From: Dimorphilus gyrociliatus | Lineage: Eukaryota; Animalia; Annelida | DNA: 64,000 bases | Reading direction: 5' to 3' | Assembly: GCA_904063045.1 (NCBI GenBank) | Contig: CAJFCJ010000033.1 | Span: 62,001-126,000 of the forward strand | Shown: one piece after another, positions 45,212 to 57,242 of the stretch | Numbering within the stretch: the first letter of the stretch is position 1 | How the letters are laid out: each line of letters begins with the position of its first letter | Notes under the pieces: generated by a model | The model's input: only the letters and a program-made list of their open reading frames with translations | What the model was told of the DNA's origin: nothing | The model's database searches: none | Program-made: the position numbers and the translations under genes

Positions 45212-47429
45212 GATAATAGGCGTCAAGTCAACTACTTTACAAGCGTTTCCACACGTGCTCTAACAGATTTTTGAAATAGTACTCAACTATAAGCAATACT
45301 TTTCGTAATTTTTTAGATTTAAATTTTTCAAAACTTTTGAATATAAAACAATTATTTATAAATTATTAATTAAAAACTTGTCAAAATCTTCGTACTTTAT
45401 TAATTCTTGGCACTGACGTTTTTTTGTTTGAAAAAAAAAAAACTTGTACTAATACCATTTTGTGCTAATTGCCAATTATCGTTCATTGTTTATTTTACAT
45501 TTTATTACATCATTCCTAGAATATTTTATATAAATTTTATTTAAAAATTAATTTTAAATTATTTTATATATCTTACTTTGAAAAAGTTTCATTATTCTCA
45601 TTATTTTCCTTAGAAATAAAAAGAATTGTCATAGATTTTAGACGTTCTAAAAATAATCTTCCATTAATTTTATTGTAAAAAAAATACACTAATTTTTTTA
45701 TTTATTAAAGAGGTCGTTTTAAAACACAGCTAATATATTATTAATACAAAAGAAAACAATGTTTACAATATAATCATTTAATCCTAGTATATTGTATAGT
45801 GCCAAATATTTTTTAAACAAAGATTATAAGTAATAAAGGACAATTGACTTGATTTAAACTTGTAAGTTTAATATTATAATGTATTTATTTATTTGTATTG
45901 GTATTGATACTAACTTTAAAGGATCCTTGGACTTTGCTCTTTTATTCAAACGAAAAGGGAAAAGTCTCACCCGTCTCTTCTATTTTCCAATTGCGTTTGC
46001 AGAAAAATCAAAACTATACAATGGCGGAACGATTAATTTATGATAAAAGTAATTCGGAATGTGAATAAGCTTCCGTCTAATGCAAAAACTATAATATAGG
46101 AACATTTAAGTTTAGATAAAACAACGCTAAGTTTCTTTTAATACTTTGTAATTTAATTCTGAACACTAGAAATATGATCTAAACGATAATTAATAAATAT
46201 TCAATCGTTAATTAGACAATAACGCCATCTACTTTTTTTTGGAAAAAAGCCTAATTTCAGATGTGGAGAGAAAAATATTGGAAGTAATAGTGTATCTATG
46301 ACAAAAAGTTAATACTAAGCCTTATGCAAACGTTAATTCGCTAATCTTCATAGTTGAAGGAAAGATGGCGAAATGATCTTGAATAAGAGAGAAGCTTAAT
46401 CAGACGAGCAAGCAGGCTTGAAAGAGACAATCCCTTCTGATAGGATATGGGTAAAGGAGAGAAGGAAAATTTCTTAATCGACATAATAGAATGAATTGGA
46501 TAGCAATTAGATAAAGAATATAAACCTGTTGAAAGATCTCAACAAAGATTATCTTACATTCTTTATAGTATTAGGCAATGGATATTCTTAATAAAGACAA
46601 TACCTTCCTCTTTTTTTAATTGTGTAGATTCGAATGACAAAGCGTATGGAAAAGTTTTTACGTGCGTGCATTCCGTATTTGCGGAAGACAAGTTTGTCGG
46701 AAATCCGATATATTTTCAATGTATTTCTTCTAAGCGATTTATATACCCAACTCGACAAAGTCAGCCTTAAAGGTGCATAGTTTACTTTCCTTGTTTGTCT
46801 GTTTTTCAATAAAAAAGGTATACAGTTGGTACAGTATAAATATACAGTATTAGAAGAAAAAAACGACAGTGTTGATAATTCCACCAATATATGATCACGC
46901 TGTTAATTATAACATATTTTTAATTAGGATTAAGATGCAGCGACTGACAAACTGTTTATGAAGCGTATGACATTTAATTATCGTTACTAAATGATAAATA
47001 TTATGTGCATATATTATATAACAGATTTTACAGTAAACTCATATGGTGAAGTCGACCATCGTCCCATCTATATATTCAGCTGATCTCTTTTAAAGAAACA
47101 GTTTGTTTTAAGAATTAATTCTAATATTATTCTTTTTTATTACCCATCATATCTTTATCTCTCTTTTTTTGGAAGTTCTCTTTCTCTCTCTGTCTCTCTA
47201 TTTAGCAGGGATAATTATTAGAATCATGTAAGGGGCTGTCCAATTAGAGGGGATTTTGTTGTTATTTATATTGGAATTAGTCATAGGGAGGTCAAAGACA
47301 ATAACTAAAGCTCATCAACGTTACATGTTTCAAAAGTTAAAGAAAACACGCACGTATAATTGAATAGAAAAACTTGCTTCAAAACATCTACAGCTAACTT
47401 GATGCTTGTCTTGAAATCTTGACATTTCA

Positions 47430-47441
47430 TGCGCATGCGCG
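47430..47441. promoter_or_regulatory. NRF1/EWG palindromic site TGCGCATGCGCG upstream of xylose isomerase
   Basis: Exact match to YGCGCAYGCGCR, 130 nt upstream of ATG 47571 in an AT-rich background. Confidence 0.55.
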
Positions 47442-47570
47442 TTTAAATAGTTCGCGCTATATGGGCGTAAGTTTGAGATACGATAGTCTGTATTCGTTGT
47501 CGCACCTTCAATAAATCCACAACATCCCTCTCTTATTCCGAATAAAGATATTCCAATTAACAAGAGAGCC

Positions 47571-49879
47571 ATGGCAGATGAAGTCAAGGGAGAAGACGCA
47601 TTTTTAGAAGGTTATTCAATTTAATTGTATGAATATTTGTTGAGTTCCTTCATTCGTTTCAGAAATTGGACCCATCCCCTATAAGCCAGACGCTAAACCA
47701 AACGAGACTATGGTCTTTAAACATTACAATCCCGACGAGTTAGTTCACGGGAAGCGAATGGAGGATTGGCTTAGATTCAGCGTCTGCTACTGGCATACTT
47801 TCCGTGGCGTTGGAGCCGACCCATTTGGACAACCGACCATAAATAGATCTTGGGAAGACGGAACAAACTCGGTTGAGAATGCTAAACAACGATTGAGGAT
47901 TGCTTTTAGATTTATGAACCTTTTAGGCATAAAATTCTGGACATTTCACGATCGGTAAGTAATTATCTCTCCTTTAATTAAGAGTGTATTATGAGATATT
48001 TCTCTTTAAAAATATCTTTATATCATTTTTCCTTTCTTTAAAGTGATATCGCACCGGAAGGTGCAACTTTGGAAGAGACTAATCGTAATTTAGACGAACT
48101 CACCGACTTGGCTCTAAACTTGCAGAAAGAATATGGTATAAAGCTTCTATGGGCCACCTGCAATCTATTTTCAGCTGCAAAGTAATTTGAATAGAATAAC
48201 AGTGTATATAGAAATATTATAATTATCAATTTATTTAACACAAAAAAGGTTTGCGAATGGAGCTGCAAGTAATCCAGATGCTCATGTTGTAGCATATGCT
48301 GGGGCACAGGTAAAAAAGGGATTGGAAATTGCCAAGAAGCTGGGCGCTGAGAACTTTGGTAAAATATTAACAATAAAAAAAAAACACACACACACAACAA
48401 TGAGTGTTTATATTAAATTATTTATAATAAATCGATTCCCCTATAGTTTTCTGGGGCGGAAGAGAGGGTTATCATAGTATCTTAAACACTCAAATATCGA
48501 CTGAACTGAGGAATATGGCCAACTTTTTTAAAATGGTTGTCGGTAAGAAAATTACCTCTTTTTCGCTTTCTGCGTTTCCTTTATTTATTCATTCATTCGT
48601 TGGTTCATTCACCAGCTCACTAACTCATGCACTCTTTATCTCTTTCTTTTACATCGTCAACGTATTCTTCTCTCTCGTTTTCTTTTCATTATCTCTTCTT
48701 TTTTAAAATTAATAATGCATATTGTATAGAATTATTATAATACTAGTGACAAAAATATGTTTCACTCATTAGCATATAAAGAGAAAATAGGCTTTACGGG
48801 ACAGCTTCTTATCGAACCAAAACCTAAAGAACCATCGAAACACCAATACGATTATGGTAAATTTTGCTTCTAATTATTTTTATTATTGTTAATGTAAAGC
48901 GAAAGAGAAGAGAAAACAACAAATTTTAAATTAAGTTAATTATAGATGCCATGACTGTCATTGGATTTTTGAAAACTTATGAACTTGACAAACATTTCAA
49001 GGTATTTTTTTTATTAAATTTAGCAGAAAAGAGACAAAAATAATAATTACAAATTGTTCTCTATTTAAAGCTGAATATTGAACCTAATCATACAACTTTA
49101 GCTGGACACGGTTACGAGCATGACGTTGTTTTGGCATCAGAGTAAATACAATATACATACATAGTTATTTAAATTTAATGATTAATATGAACAATAGGTT
49201 CGATATGTTGGGCTCGATCGACGCTAACACAGGTTCTCCAGATCTTGGCTGGGATACTGATCAATTCCCCATGGACGTTAAAAGCTGTACTTTGATTATG
49301 CTGGTAAAAATTTAAGCTACTTTGTGTATTATATTTCTATTATATAACATACATTTTGTAGGCTGTTATTAAGAAAGGTGGACTCAATCCGGGCGGTTTA
49401 AATTTTGACGCCAAAGTTCGAAGAGAATCGACTACTGTTCGAGATATGTTTATCGCTCATATCGGAGCAATGGATACGATGGCAAGAGGATTAAAGGGAG
49501 CTATTAAAATTATCCAAGATGGCTATTTCGAAGATTGTTTAAAGGTTTTTCAGTTTTTTAAACTTTCATAATAATATCTTATAAAAACAATAATCCTCTT
49601 AGAAACGATATTCGTCCTTCTCCTCCGGAATTGGAGCAAAAATATCTGGCGGAACTGCATCTTTGGAAGAATTGGAGGTAAAATTGATTAATTATCATTT
49701 TCTGTCCTTATTAAAAAATAATAATAATAAAAGAAAAGAAAAGAACAACAATAAATAAATAATTGTTTCCTCTCCCCCTCTATTTTAACTAACAGGACTA
49801 TATTAAAAAGAACGGAGAGCCAACTTTACAGACTGGTCAACAGGAGCACTACGAATCGATGCTGAACGCATACATTTAA
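47571..49879 (+). CDS. xylA: Xylose isomerase (class II), ~11 exons
   Basis: [98 protein letters not shown]; stop TAA 49877-49879. Confidence 0.97.
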
Positions 49880-50404
49880 ACAATAAACGAAAAAGAATGT
49901 TCTAAAGATTACTAATTTAACATAAATGTTGCGTAATTATTCTTTTTTTGGAACATTTTACTTAAATTTATGAAAATATACAAAATAAATAAAATATGTA
50001 TGGAAAATTCTAAAATTTATTATATATCTTATATATAGAGTTATAATAATTATTTTGCGTTAACCCAAGATTGTACTTTTGATGATAATAAATTAATTTT
50101 GACGTGGTACTAATTAATTGTAAACCTATTGAGAATAATTAGTTCCTTCTAATTAAATCTCTTGATTATTTATCTTTTTATGGTAAATAGCCTTGACTTA
50201 ATACTATTTAATAAGAAATTTTAATGAGGATTATATATATATATATATATATACATATAAATTATACATAAAACTATATTGCTTCACCATTCCGTCTGCT
50301 ACAGTAGTAGTGGTAGTTTGAGTACAATCTACAGCGGTTTGGAGTAAGTTGTCATACGTCAAACTCGTCAAGGCACTTCGAAACTTTTATATCTATATAT
50401 AAGT

Positions 50405-50408
<4 letters not shown>

Positions 50409-50454
<46 letters not shown>
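50409..50454. repeat. (AT)n microsatellite
   Basis: Direct reading. Confidence 0.95.
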
Positions 50455-50458
<4 letters not shown>

Positions 50459-50626
50459 ATATACACGATATATGTATATATATCTATGTATACATATACT
50501 TATATAATGCTTAAAAAAGTAACACTTTTCTTTTAATCAAGAGGGCGCATTTAAACTTCCGGCATGTTTTGCGGTTTGAACGCAGCTTTTCGCTCTGTTA
50601 AAAATTCCTTTATAAAAGGTTTAAAT

Positions 50627-51683
50627 ATGCAAAATAAAGACTCAGAAGAAGGTAAATAAATGTTTTATTACCATTGCAATGGATAGTTGTTGAATTTGTT
50701 TTGAAAAAAGTGATTAGTTGACTTACTTTTAGTGTCGGAATCGAGTCTCGGACCATCGAAGGAGGTTATCCAAAAGAACGAAGAACCTATTCTTCCTTGC
50801 TGTTCGTTATATGTTAACTATATTATCTTTTTTACTTAATTCCCTTTTCATTTCCATTCCTTTCTTTATATATATATATATATATCTCCCTCTCCCTGCT
50901 TCTTTTCTCAACATATAATTTTAGTCCTTTTCATTGTCTAATACAGTTTCGGAACACGTTACCATGGACCAACTAAGAAAGATGAAAACTGGACAATTAT
51001 CGAGAATATGTCAAGATTTAGATATTCCATCAAGAGGTAGTAAAGCTGTACTTAGAAGTCGTATTATGGCAATGCAGTAAGTATTATAATACTTGCGGAG
51101 ATATCTTTTCCTACATAAAGCATTGTCGTTTAACAGACAGAGCGTAAATTACAGGAACTTTGGCCCGAGAAAGGGAAGGGGAATACTTGGCCATAAAGTC
51201 GTATGTTGCATTCCTGGATGCAATAACTTCTCTGGTCAAGTCTTACCGGATGGACACGAAATATCCCTTCATCCTCTACCAACAGGTCCAAAACGTGACC
51301 GCATTAGAACTGAATGGAAAAGGCGTCTAGTCAACGCTGACGTTCGCCATATCACTGATAACATTAGGGTATAATAATCTAGGTGTTTCTTTTTTTTATT
51401 ACTTTTACTTAGTTTTTTGTTTTTTTCACACTTTTTTCAGGTTTGTTCTACTCACTTCACGAATAGAGTAATGAATGTTGATTCTATTCCAACGATATTC
51501 CCCAGAAAGTTGGATAGAATAGAATTGCCCAGTCTTGAACTTATGGGCGAAGATGAAGAATTTGAATTATTTACACCAAGAATAAAGAAGCGAAAATGTA
51601 GAAGGTTATACTTTAAAAATTTACGAAAAGACTCACCAAGAAATGAGTCATTCCCAGGCCCGTCCAGGATGAATTGGTTTTGA
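50627..51683 (+). CDS. SAP-domain + THAP zinc-finger protein, 5 exons
   Basis: Exon 50947-51076 MDQLRKMKTGQLSRICQDLDIPSRGSKAVLRSRIM (SAP); exons 51137-51368 and 51441-51683 give CCIPGCNN...LHPLP...EWKRRL...VCSTHF...SIPTIFP (THAP C2CH) and a basic tail. Donor of exon 2 (50802) inferred from phase. Confidence 0.8.
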
Positions 51684-52825
51684 CTTGAAAAGGAAAAAAA
51701 AAAGAAAAAAGCCGAAAAAAAATAAAAAAGAAAGAAGAAAACAAGGTTGTTATTTAGGTGAAATACATATAAATGTTTAATGCATATATAGATATACATA
51801 TATATATGTATAAGGTATACTTGATTAAAAATCAAAAAGTTGTATTAATTGTACTATCTGTTAGGGTTATAACTCCCATATATATACATATATATGTATA
51901 TATATATACAAGATTAGTTTGAGAAAGAGATAGAGAGAGAAAGAGAAGGAGAGAGGCGAAAGGAAGAAAATTATACCTTTGATAATAACTTTTTTGTTCT
52001 TCCTACAATGATATTATTGTCGATTACTTTACGTCAACGTTTATAAACGCTAAAAAAACCGTCATGGTTTCCATTAACCGTGATGGAGTTTTCTTTCTCT
52101 CCCTCCCCCGCCCTTTTTAGATTTATTTCTTTTCTTATTTCTCTCTTTCTCTCTTTTTGGATATATTTGATGAACAAATTTGGATAATAAGTCTATAATT
52201 TCTTATTTAATGTATTCCGTTTATTTTGTTCTTTTTTCCTTTGGAATTGTTTATTTATTAATCTATTCTTTCTTTCTTTCGCTCCTTCTTTATCATATGT
52301 ATTAGTGTACATTTATTTAATAAAGAGTATATAGCATACGTCATGTTATTGTCTTTGTTGACCCATCTGTTTATGTCTGTTGTTTGTCACACACACAGAC
52401 TTATATATATATAGATGCATATATATATATAATATGCTTGTGTCAGCAAATATTTGAATATATTTTGAATAAAAAGGTAAAATTTAAAGAAAGCAAAATT
52501 AAACAATGCTGTACATCAACTTATAAAAGTAACAAACAACTCAATAATAGAAATTAAATATGACGAATATTAGGTTGATTATATTTGTTATCATTTTTGT
52601 CCTATTTTATTTTAATGACGACGACGAAATTGGGAAAAAAACAACATTTTTCTTTTCATCCGTAAAGAGTTATTATATTTAAAAATTAACTTATCACGTT
52701 TCAAAGTGTGTTCTGTGCCTAAAAAAAGATTTCTTACACATGTTAGCTAACAATTTTATCAATAGCTTATACATTGTGACAACTGCGACTCTTTCCCTCG
52801 CTGTTGTTGGTAAGGACAGAGAGGA

Positions 52826-52849
52826 AGAGAGAGAGAGAGAGAGAGAGAG
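52826..52849. repeat. (AG)n microsatellite
   Basis: Direct reading. Confidence 0.9.
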
Positions 52850-54621
52850 GGGAGGGTGAAAGTATACAGTTGTATAGGCCTATGAATAGATATGGTGTAT
52901 TGTTAAACGTTTCATTATAATAACTTTATTAAGTCTTTCATATTCAACAAGTTTTGTTTGTAATTCTTTTGAAAAGAAAGCCATGCTATAATGTACTGAA
53001 AGTGTTATGTAACTGTCAAAATCCGACAATGAATTGAAAATGATAAGCTTTCTTTCATATTCACTGATATCAATCAGTATACAATCATTTCTAATGATAT
53101 TTATTATTCTATCTACTCTCCACAAGCGTTATAAACACATGTACGCAGCAAGGAAATACAGTAATATTGCAGTAACAACTGTAATACAATTTTATAACAC
53201 TACCGTGTATTTATAGACAGTTCAACAAACTCTTTCATTTTTCCTACTTTATTTATAAAAAAAAAACAAGAAAGTTTCCTTCTTTTCTTTCTTTGTTTCT
53301 TTTTTGAAAAAAGAATCCTTATCTTTTTCTATCTTTTATCTGTAAATCCAGTTGTTTGTCATAGACGGTATATATGTAATATTTTTTTAAAATTATATGA
53401 TAAACGTAATTAACTCTTTCTTAGTTAAACAATTTTTAGCTGACCTTGATAAGAAGAGCGTCTAATAATGTTATCCATTACGTAGAATTTAACGGCTAGT
53501 TGCTATCATTAGATGTGAAAAAGTGTTATAATAGTAACGTTTATTGTAGTCATGGCATTACTCTACATTTCTTCACGAATAATTACATTAAACATATGTT
53601 TTAATTACATATTGAAAAGGGAAGCAACTAGATTTTCAACTTAGTGTCCTAACCTGGACAGAAGCATAGACTAAAAGTAACTCCCACGACTAATCCAGCT
53701 ATGCATTCCCTTCAACACGACTTTTAAACTTATTACCATATTTGGTAAACTTATTATCATCTTTTCTATCTATCTTGCTAAAAACATAAGGCTATGCAAT
53801 TATAAAAATATATACTACATATTCTATGCTCTTTACAATTTGTCAACTGAAAGAAAGTATATCATTTGCCTAGATCGTCTAGAGTCTTGGTTATTAAATA
53901 TAACTGCCTCGGGTACCTGAGAGAACTAGATGAAAGATAGGAAAAATTCATGAGTTGATTTCTTTTCACACCCTAGATTTTTAATGAAGAGCATCGCAGA
54001 TAGGATATTAAGGTTTAGACTATAAGAAATATATAGATAGAAGTATAATGTTCTACTTAAAACAATATATACAGTATTAATATATACATATATAAATATC
54101 CTCTATAATGTAGTTCATTTACTCAATATAGCCATTGCCTTTATACATTTGTATAATCATATAGTGTAAACTGGTAGAATAAATCCCCGCTATGTATTCT
54201 CTCTCTCTCTTTCTTTCTTCATCTTTCACTCAATCTTTTGTACAGAACATACTTTACTATTTTTTTTTTAATTATCGACAAAACTTCTGATTTTCGATAT
54301 ACAAATTCCATATCAACTAAGTCTTTTAAAAGAGTATTTATTCCTTGTAAAAGTTTATACAGAACGTTGTTCTTTTTTCGATTAGTTCTTTTTTTTTTAC
54401 TTTAACTCTTCCTCTACAGAGTAAACTTTATTGATATTTCCTTAAAATATGTTTTTTTTAAACTCTGCCAGATGTTCCATCCTTAACCGATTGAATTTAA
54501 TACTTTATTTATTGGCATATAGCGGGCACAATCGATAAAAGACTTCGACTTCCGGTATTCTAACAACTCGCAAAAGCTATTTTTTATTCTGAATTACTAA
54601 TTCTATCTTTAGTGAAGCCTA

Positions 54622-56135
54622 ATGGGTGAGAATAAAAAATATTTTTATTTCAACTTTAGTGTTAAAAATGCTTTTAACTATCCTGCAAATGTTGCTTTTG
54701 TCTATAATCTAGAATTTTTCAACGAGTTCTTTATTTCGCGTTGAAAAAATTGATGCAATTAGTGAAAAAGAAAATTTTATGATTTTATAAAGTAAAAATA
54801 GAAAGCTTTAAAAAGTAATCGTAAAACCTTAAAGAAAATCGCAAAAGTGTTGCAAAATCTATAAACTATTTGATAGGATATGAAAAGCAGTGTCAATTTG
54901 CCGATTGTAGGAATACTAGCATATGTTTGTATTTTTAGTAATGGAAAACTAAATAATTCCCGAATTTTATTCTTAATTTCTAAGAATTAAACGAAAAACG
55001 AACTATTTTAATTAAAAATTGTTTAGAATGCATACTGAAAAGGTGTAAGACTGGTTGTATTTCAAATATATAACATGTATATATAAATTTAAAAAGAGAA
55101 AACTAGCACATGTGACAAACAATCTATTTTTTACATCTTAACAAGAAAGTTGACAAGTTTTTAAAACTCTTCCTGAACAAAAGAGTTTATATATCTACAA
55201 ACAGAAACGAATATAATGATTAGGAGGGAAATTTTTAATGTAACATATAATAATTCATAAATACACGTATCTATTGTATTGTTATATCTATATTTACGTT
55301 CTCTAATTAACAATGAATAGGTGGATTTTTCTCCCGCGTTTTCTCTGGTCTATTCGGTGGAAGAGAACGTCGAATTTTGATTCTAGGCCTTGATGGAGCT
55401 GGTAAAACAACGATATTGTATCGTTTACAAGTTGGTGAAGTTGTGACAACTATACCAAGTTAGTTTCGTAGTAATTAACCTTTAAAAATGGTAATTGTCA
55501 TCACCCATAACAGCCATTGGTTTCAATGTCGAAACAGTCACCTTTAAAAACCTAAAATTTCAAGTTTGGGATTTAGGTGGACAAACAAGTATAAGGTTTG
55601 TTAAATACGAAATACGGTATCTCTCTATTAATTTCATTTTTAATGGGAAATTTGAAACAATCTTGTTTAGACCGTACTGGAGATGCTATTACTCAAATAC
55701 TGATGCAATTATATACGTAGTCGATAGTATGGATAGGGACCGTATTGGAATCTCTAAGCAAGAACTTTTTTCAATGCTCGAGGTAGGCTATCTCTTTCAG
55801 ATTTCCTTTCTCATATTTTATCATCTACTTTATTAAAATTTTTTACCTACTTCTATGTACTTTCTAGGAAGACGAATTGAAGAAGTCTATTTTGGTTGTA
55901 CTGGCTAATAAGCAAGATCTAGAGGGAGCTATGTCGTAAGTAGAATAATAAAATACTTTCCTATTGAAAGGAAATAGCTCAAGTTTTCCTCTATAGCGTA
56001 TCGGAAGTATCACAGGTATTAGGCTTGACGTCCTTAAGAAATAGGAGATACCAGATATTTAAAACTTCGGCCATTAAAGGGGAAGGCCTGGAAGAGTCGA
56101 TGGAATGGTTAACCAATACCATTCAAAATCCCTAG
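54622..56135 (+). CDS. ARL1: ADP-ribosylation factor-like protein 1
   Basis: First exon supplies only ATGG (54622-54625, gtgaga donor); [82 protein letters not shown]; stop TAG 56133-56135. Confidence 0.97.
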
Positions 56136-56489
56136 TGATAAAAAAGAAACAGACACGCAGAAAAAGTCTTCTTTAAAATCTTATCTCACTTGTTAATAAA
56201 TTTTATGGATTTGGATTCTTATTTATTCGTTAATAAAAGACACTAAACGCGTATTTTATTTAAATAATTTTGTTATAAAGTCCTTAAATTAAATAATAGA
56301 ATTCTAATGATTTTCTCCCCTATTCCCGCATTTTACCACTTATTCCCCATACATATATATATATATATATATATATGTACGTATATGCATTAGTGCTGTA
56401 TCGCATTAATATCCAGATAGTCAGATTGTACAGCTTTACTAACAACATAGCCCTCTAAAACGGCCAACTTTGACATGTTTGAAATTGAC

Positions 56490-56497
56490 GCGCGAAA
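56490..56497 (-). promoter_or_regulatory. E2F-type site TTTCGCGC upstream of DNAJC30
   Basis: gcgcgaaa, ~140 nt upstream of ATG 56639; motif match only. Confidence 0.35.
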
Positions 56498-56638
56498 ATC
56501 ACTATTTTTAAATTTCTACCAGGTTATAATCTTACTACGGAATAATTTTCAGGGTCAAGGACAATTTTTTTTAATTCCAACCTCTCTGTAAACAAAATAA
56601 AAAATAAAGAAAGAGAAAAAAGGCCATAAAAATCCGTA

Positions 56639-57217
56639 ATGATGTTATTGTTACAGCAAAGAAATATCCCATTTGTACAGTTACGAAGAATTGCTTCAAC
56701 AGTTAAAGAAGTGAACTTTTATGACATTTTACAAATTTCCCCAAAAGCCAGCCAAAGTCAAGTCAAAAAAGCTTTTTATAAACTATCAAAAACATATCAT
56801 CCCGATGTAAATAAATCAAAGGAAGCTAAAGAAAAATATATAAAAATAACGGAAGCCTACGAAATTCTAGGGAATTCTGATCAGCGTAAAATGTACGATG
56901 AACGTTTCGAAATTTACGAAGTAAAAGAGGCAATGAAGAACGTTGACCCATCATATAGACAATTTTATAGACAAAGAGGAACGTTTAAAGCTAGGTCTAA
57001 GGCTCCGATGAGTGGTAGAACGAGCTATTATAATTTCGATGAGTTTTACAAAGAACATTACGGAAGAAATATAAGAGAGAGTTATCATCGAAAGATGCAA
57101 GAGAAAGAAGCTAAGAAGGAGTTTGAACAATGGAGTGGAAGTAATAGAAGAATAATTGCTCTTTATGGACTTAGTTTACCAATAATTTTAATAGCAATAT
57201 TAAGCATATTAAAATAA
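56639..57217 (+). CDS. DNAJC30: Mitochondrial J-domain co-chaperone DNAJC30-like, single exon
   Basis: Presequence-like N-terminus, J domain (FYDILQI..YHPD..ITEAYEILGN..RKMYD), YNFDEFYKEHYG motif, C-terminal TM. Confidence 0.88.
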   Translation: MMLLLQQRNIPFVQLRRIASTVKEVNFYDILQISPKASQSQVKKAFYKLSKTYHPDVNKSKEAKEKYIKITEAYEILGNSDQRKMYDERFEIYEVKEAMKNVDPSYRQFYRQRGTFKARSKAPMSGRTSYYNFDEFYKEHYGRNIRESYHRKMQEKEAKKEFEQWSGSNRRIIALYGLSLPIILIAILSILK

Positions 57218-57242
57218 TTGTCTCTTCCTATGTATTATTGCA

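Noticed and set aside
47571-49879. xylA as bacterial contamination or recent horizontal transfer
   Set aside because: About ten spliceosomal introns of host-typical size and host-like flanks.
50281-50380. GC-richer island between xylA and the THAP gene as an ncRNA
   Set aside because: No tRNA, snRNA or snoRNA motifs or convincing stems; likely promoter-proximal sequence.
52880-53216. 81-aa minus and 60-aa plus ORFs in the THAP-ARL1 intergenic region
   Set aside because: Non-ATG or weak starts, no recognisable domain, no supporting splice structure.
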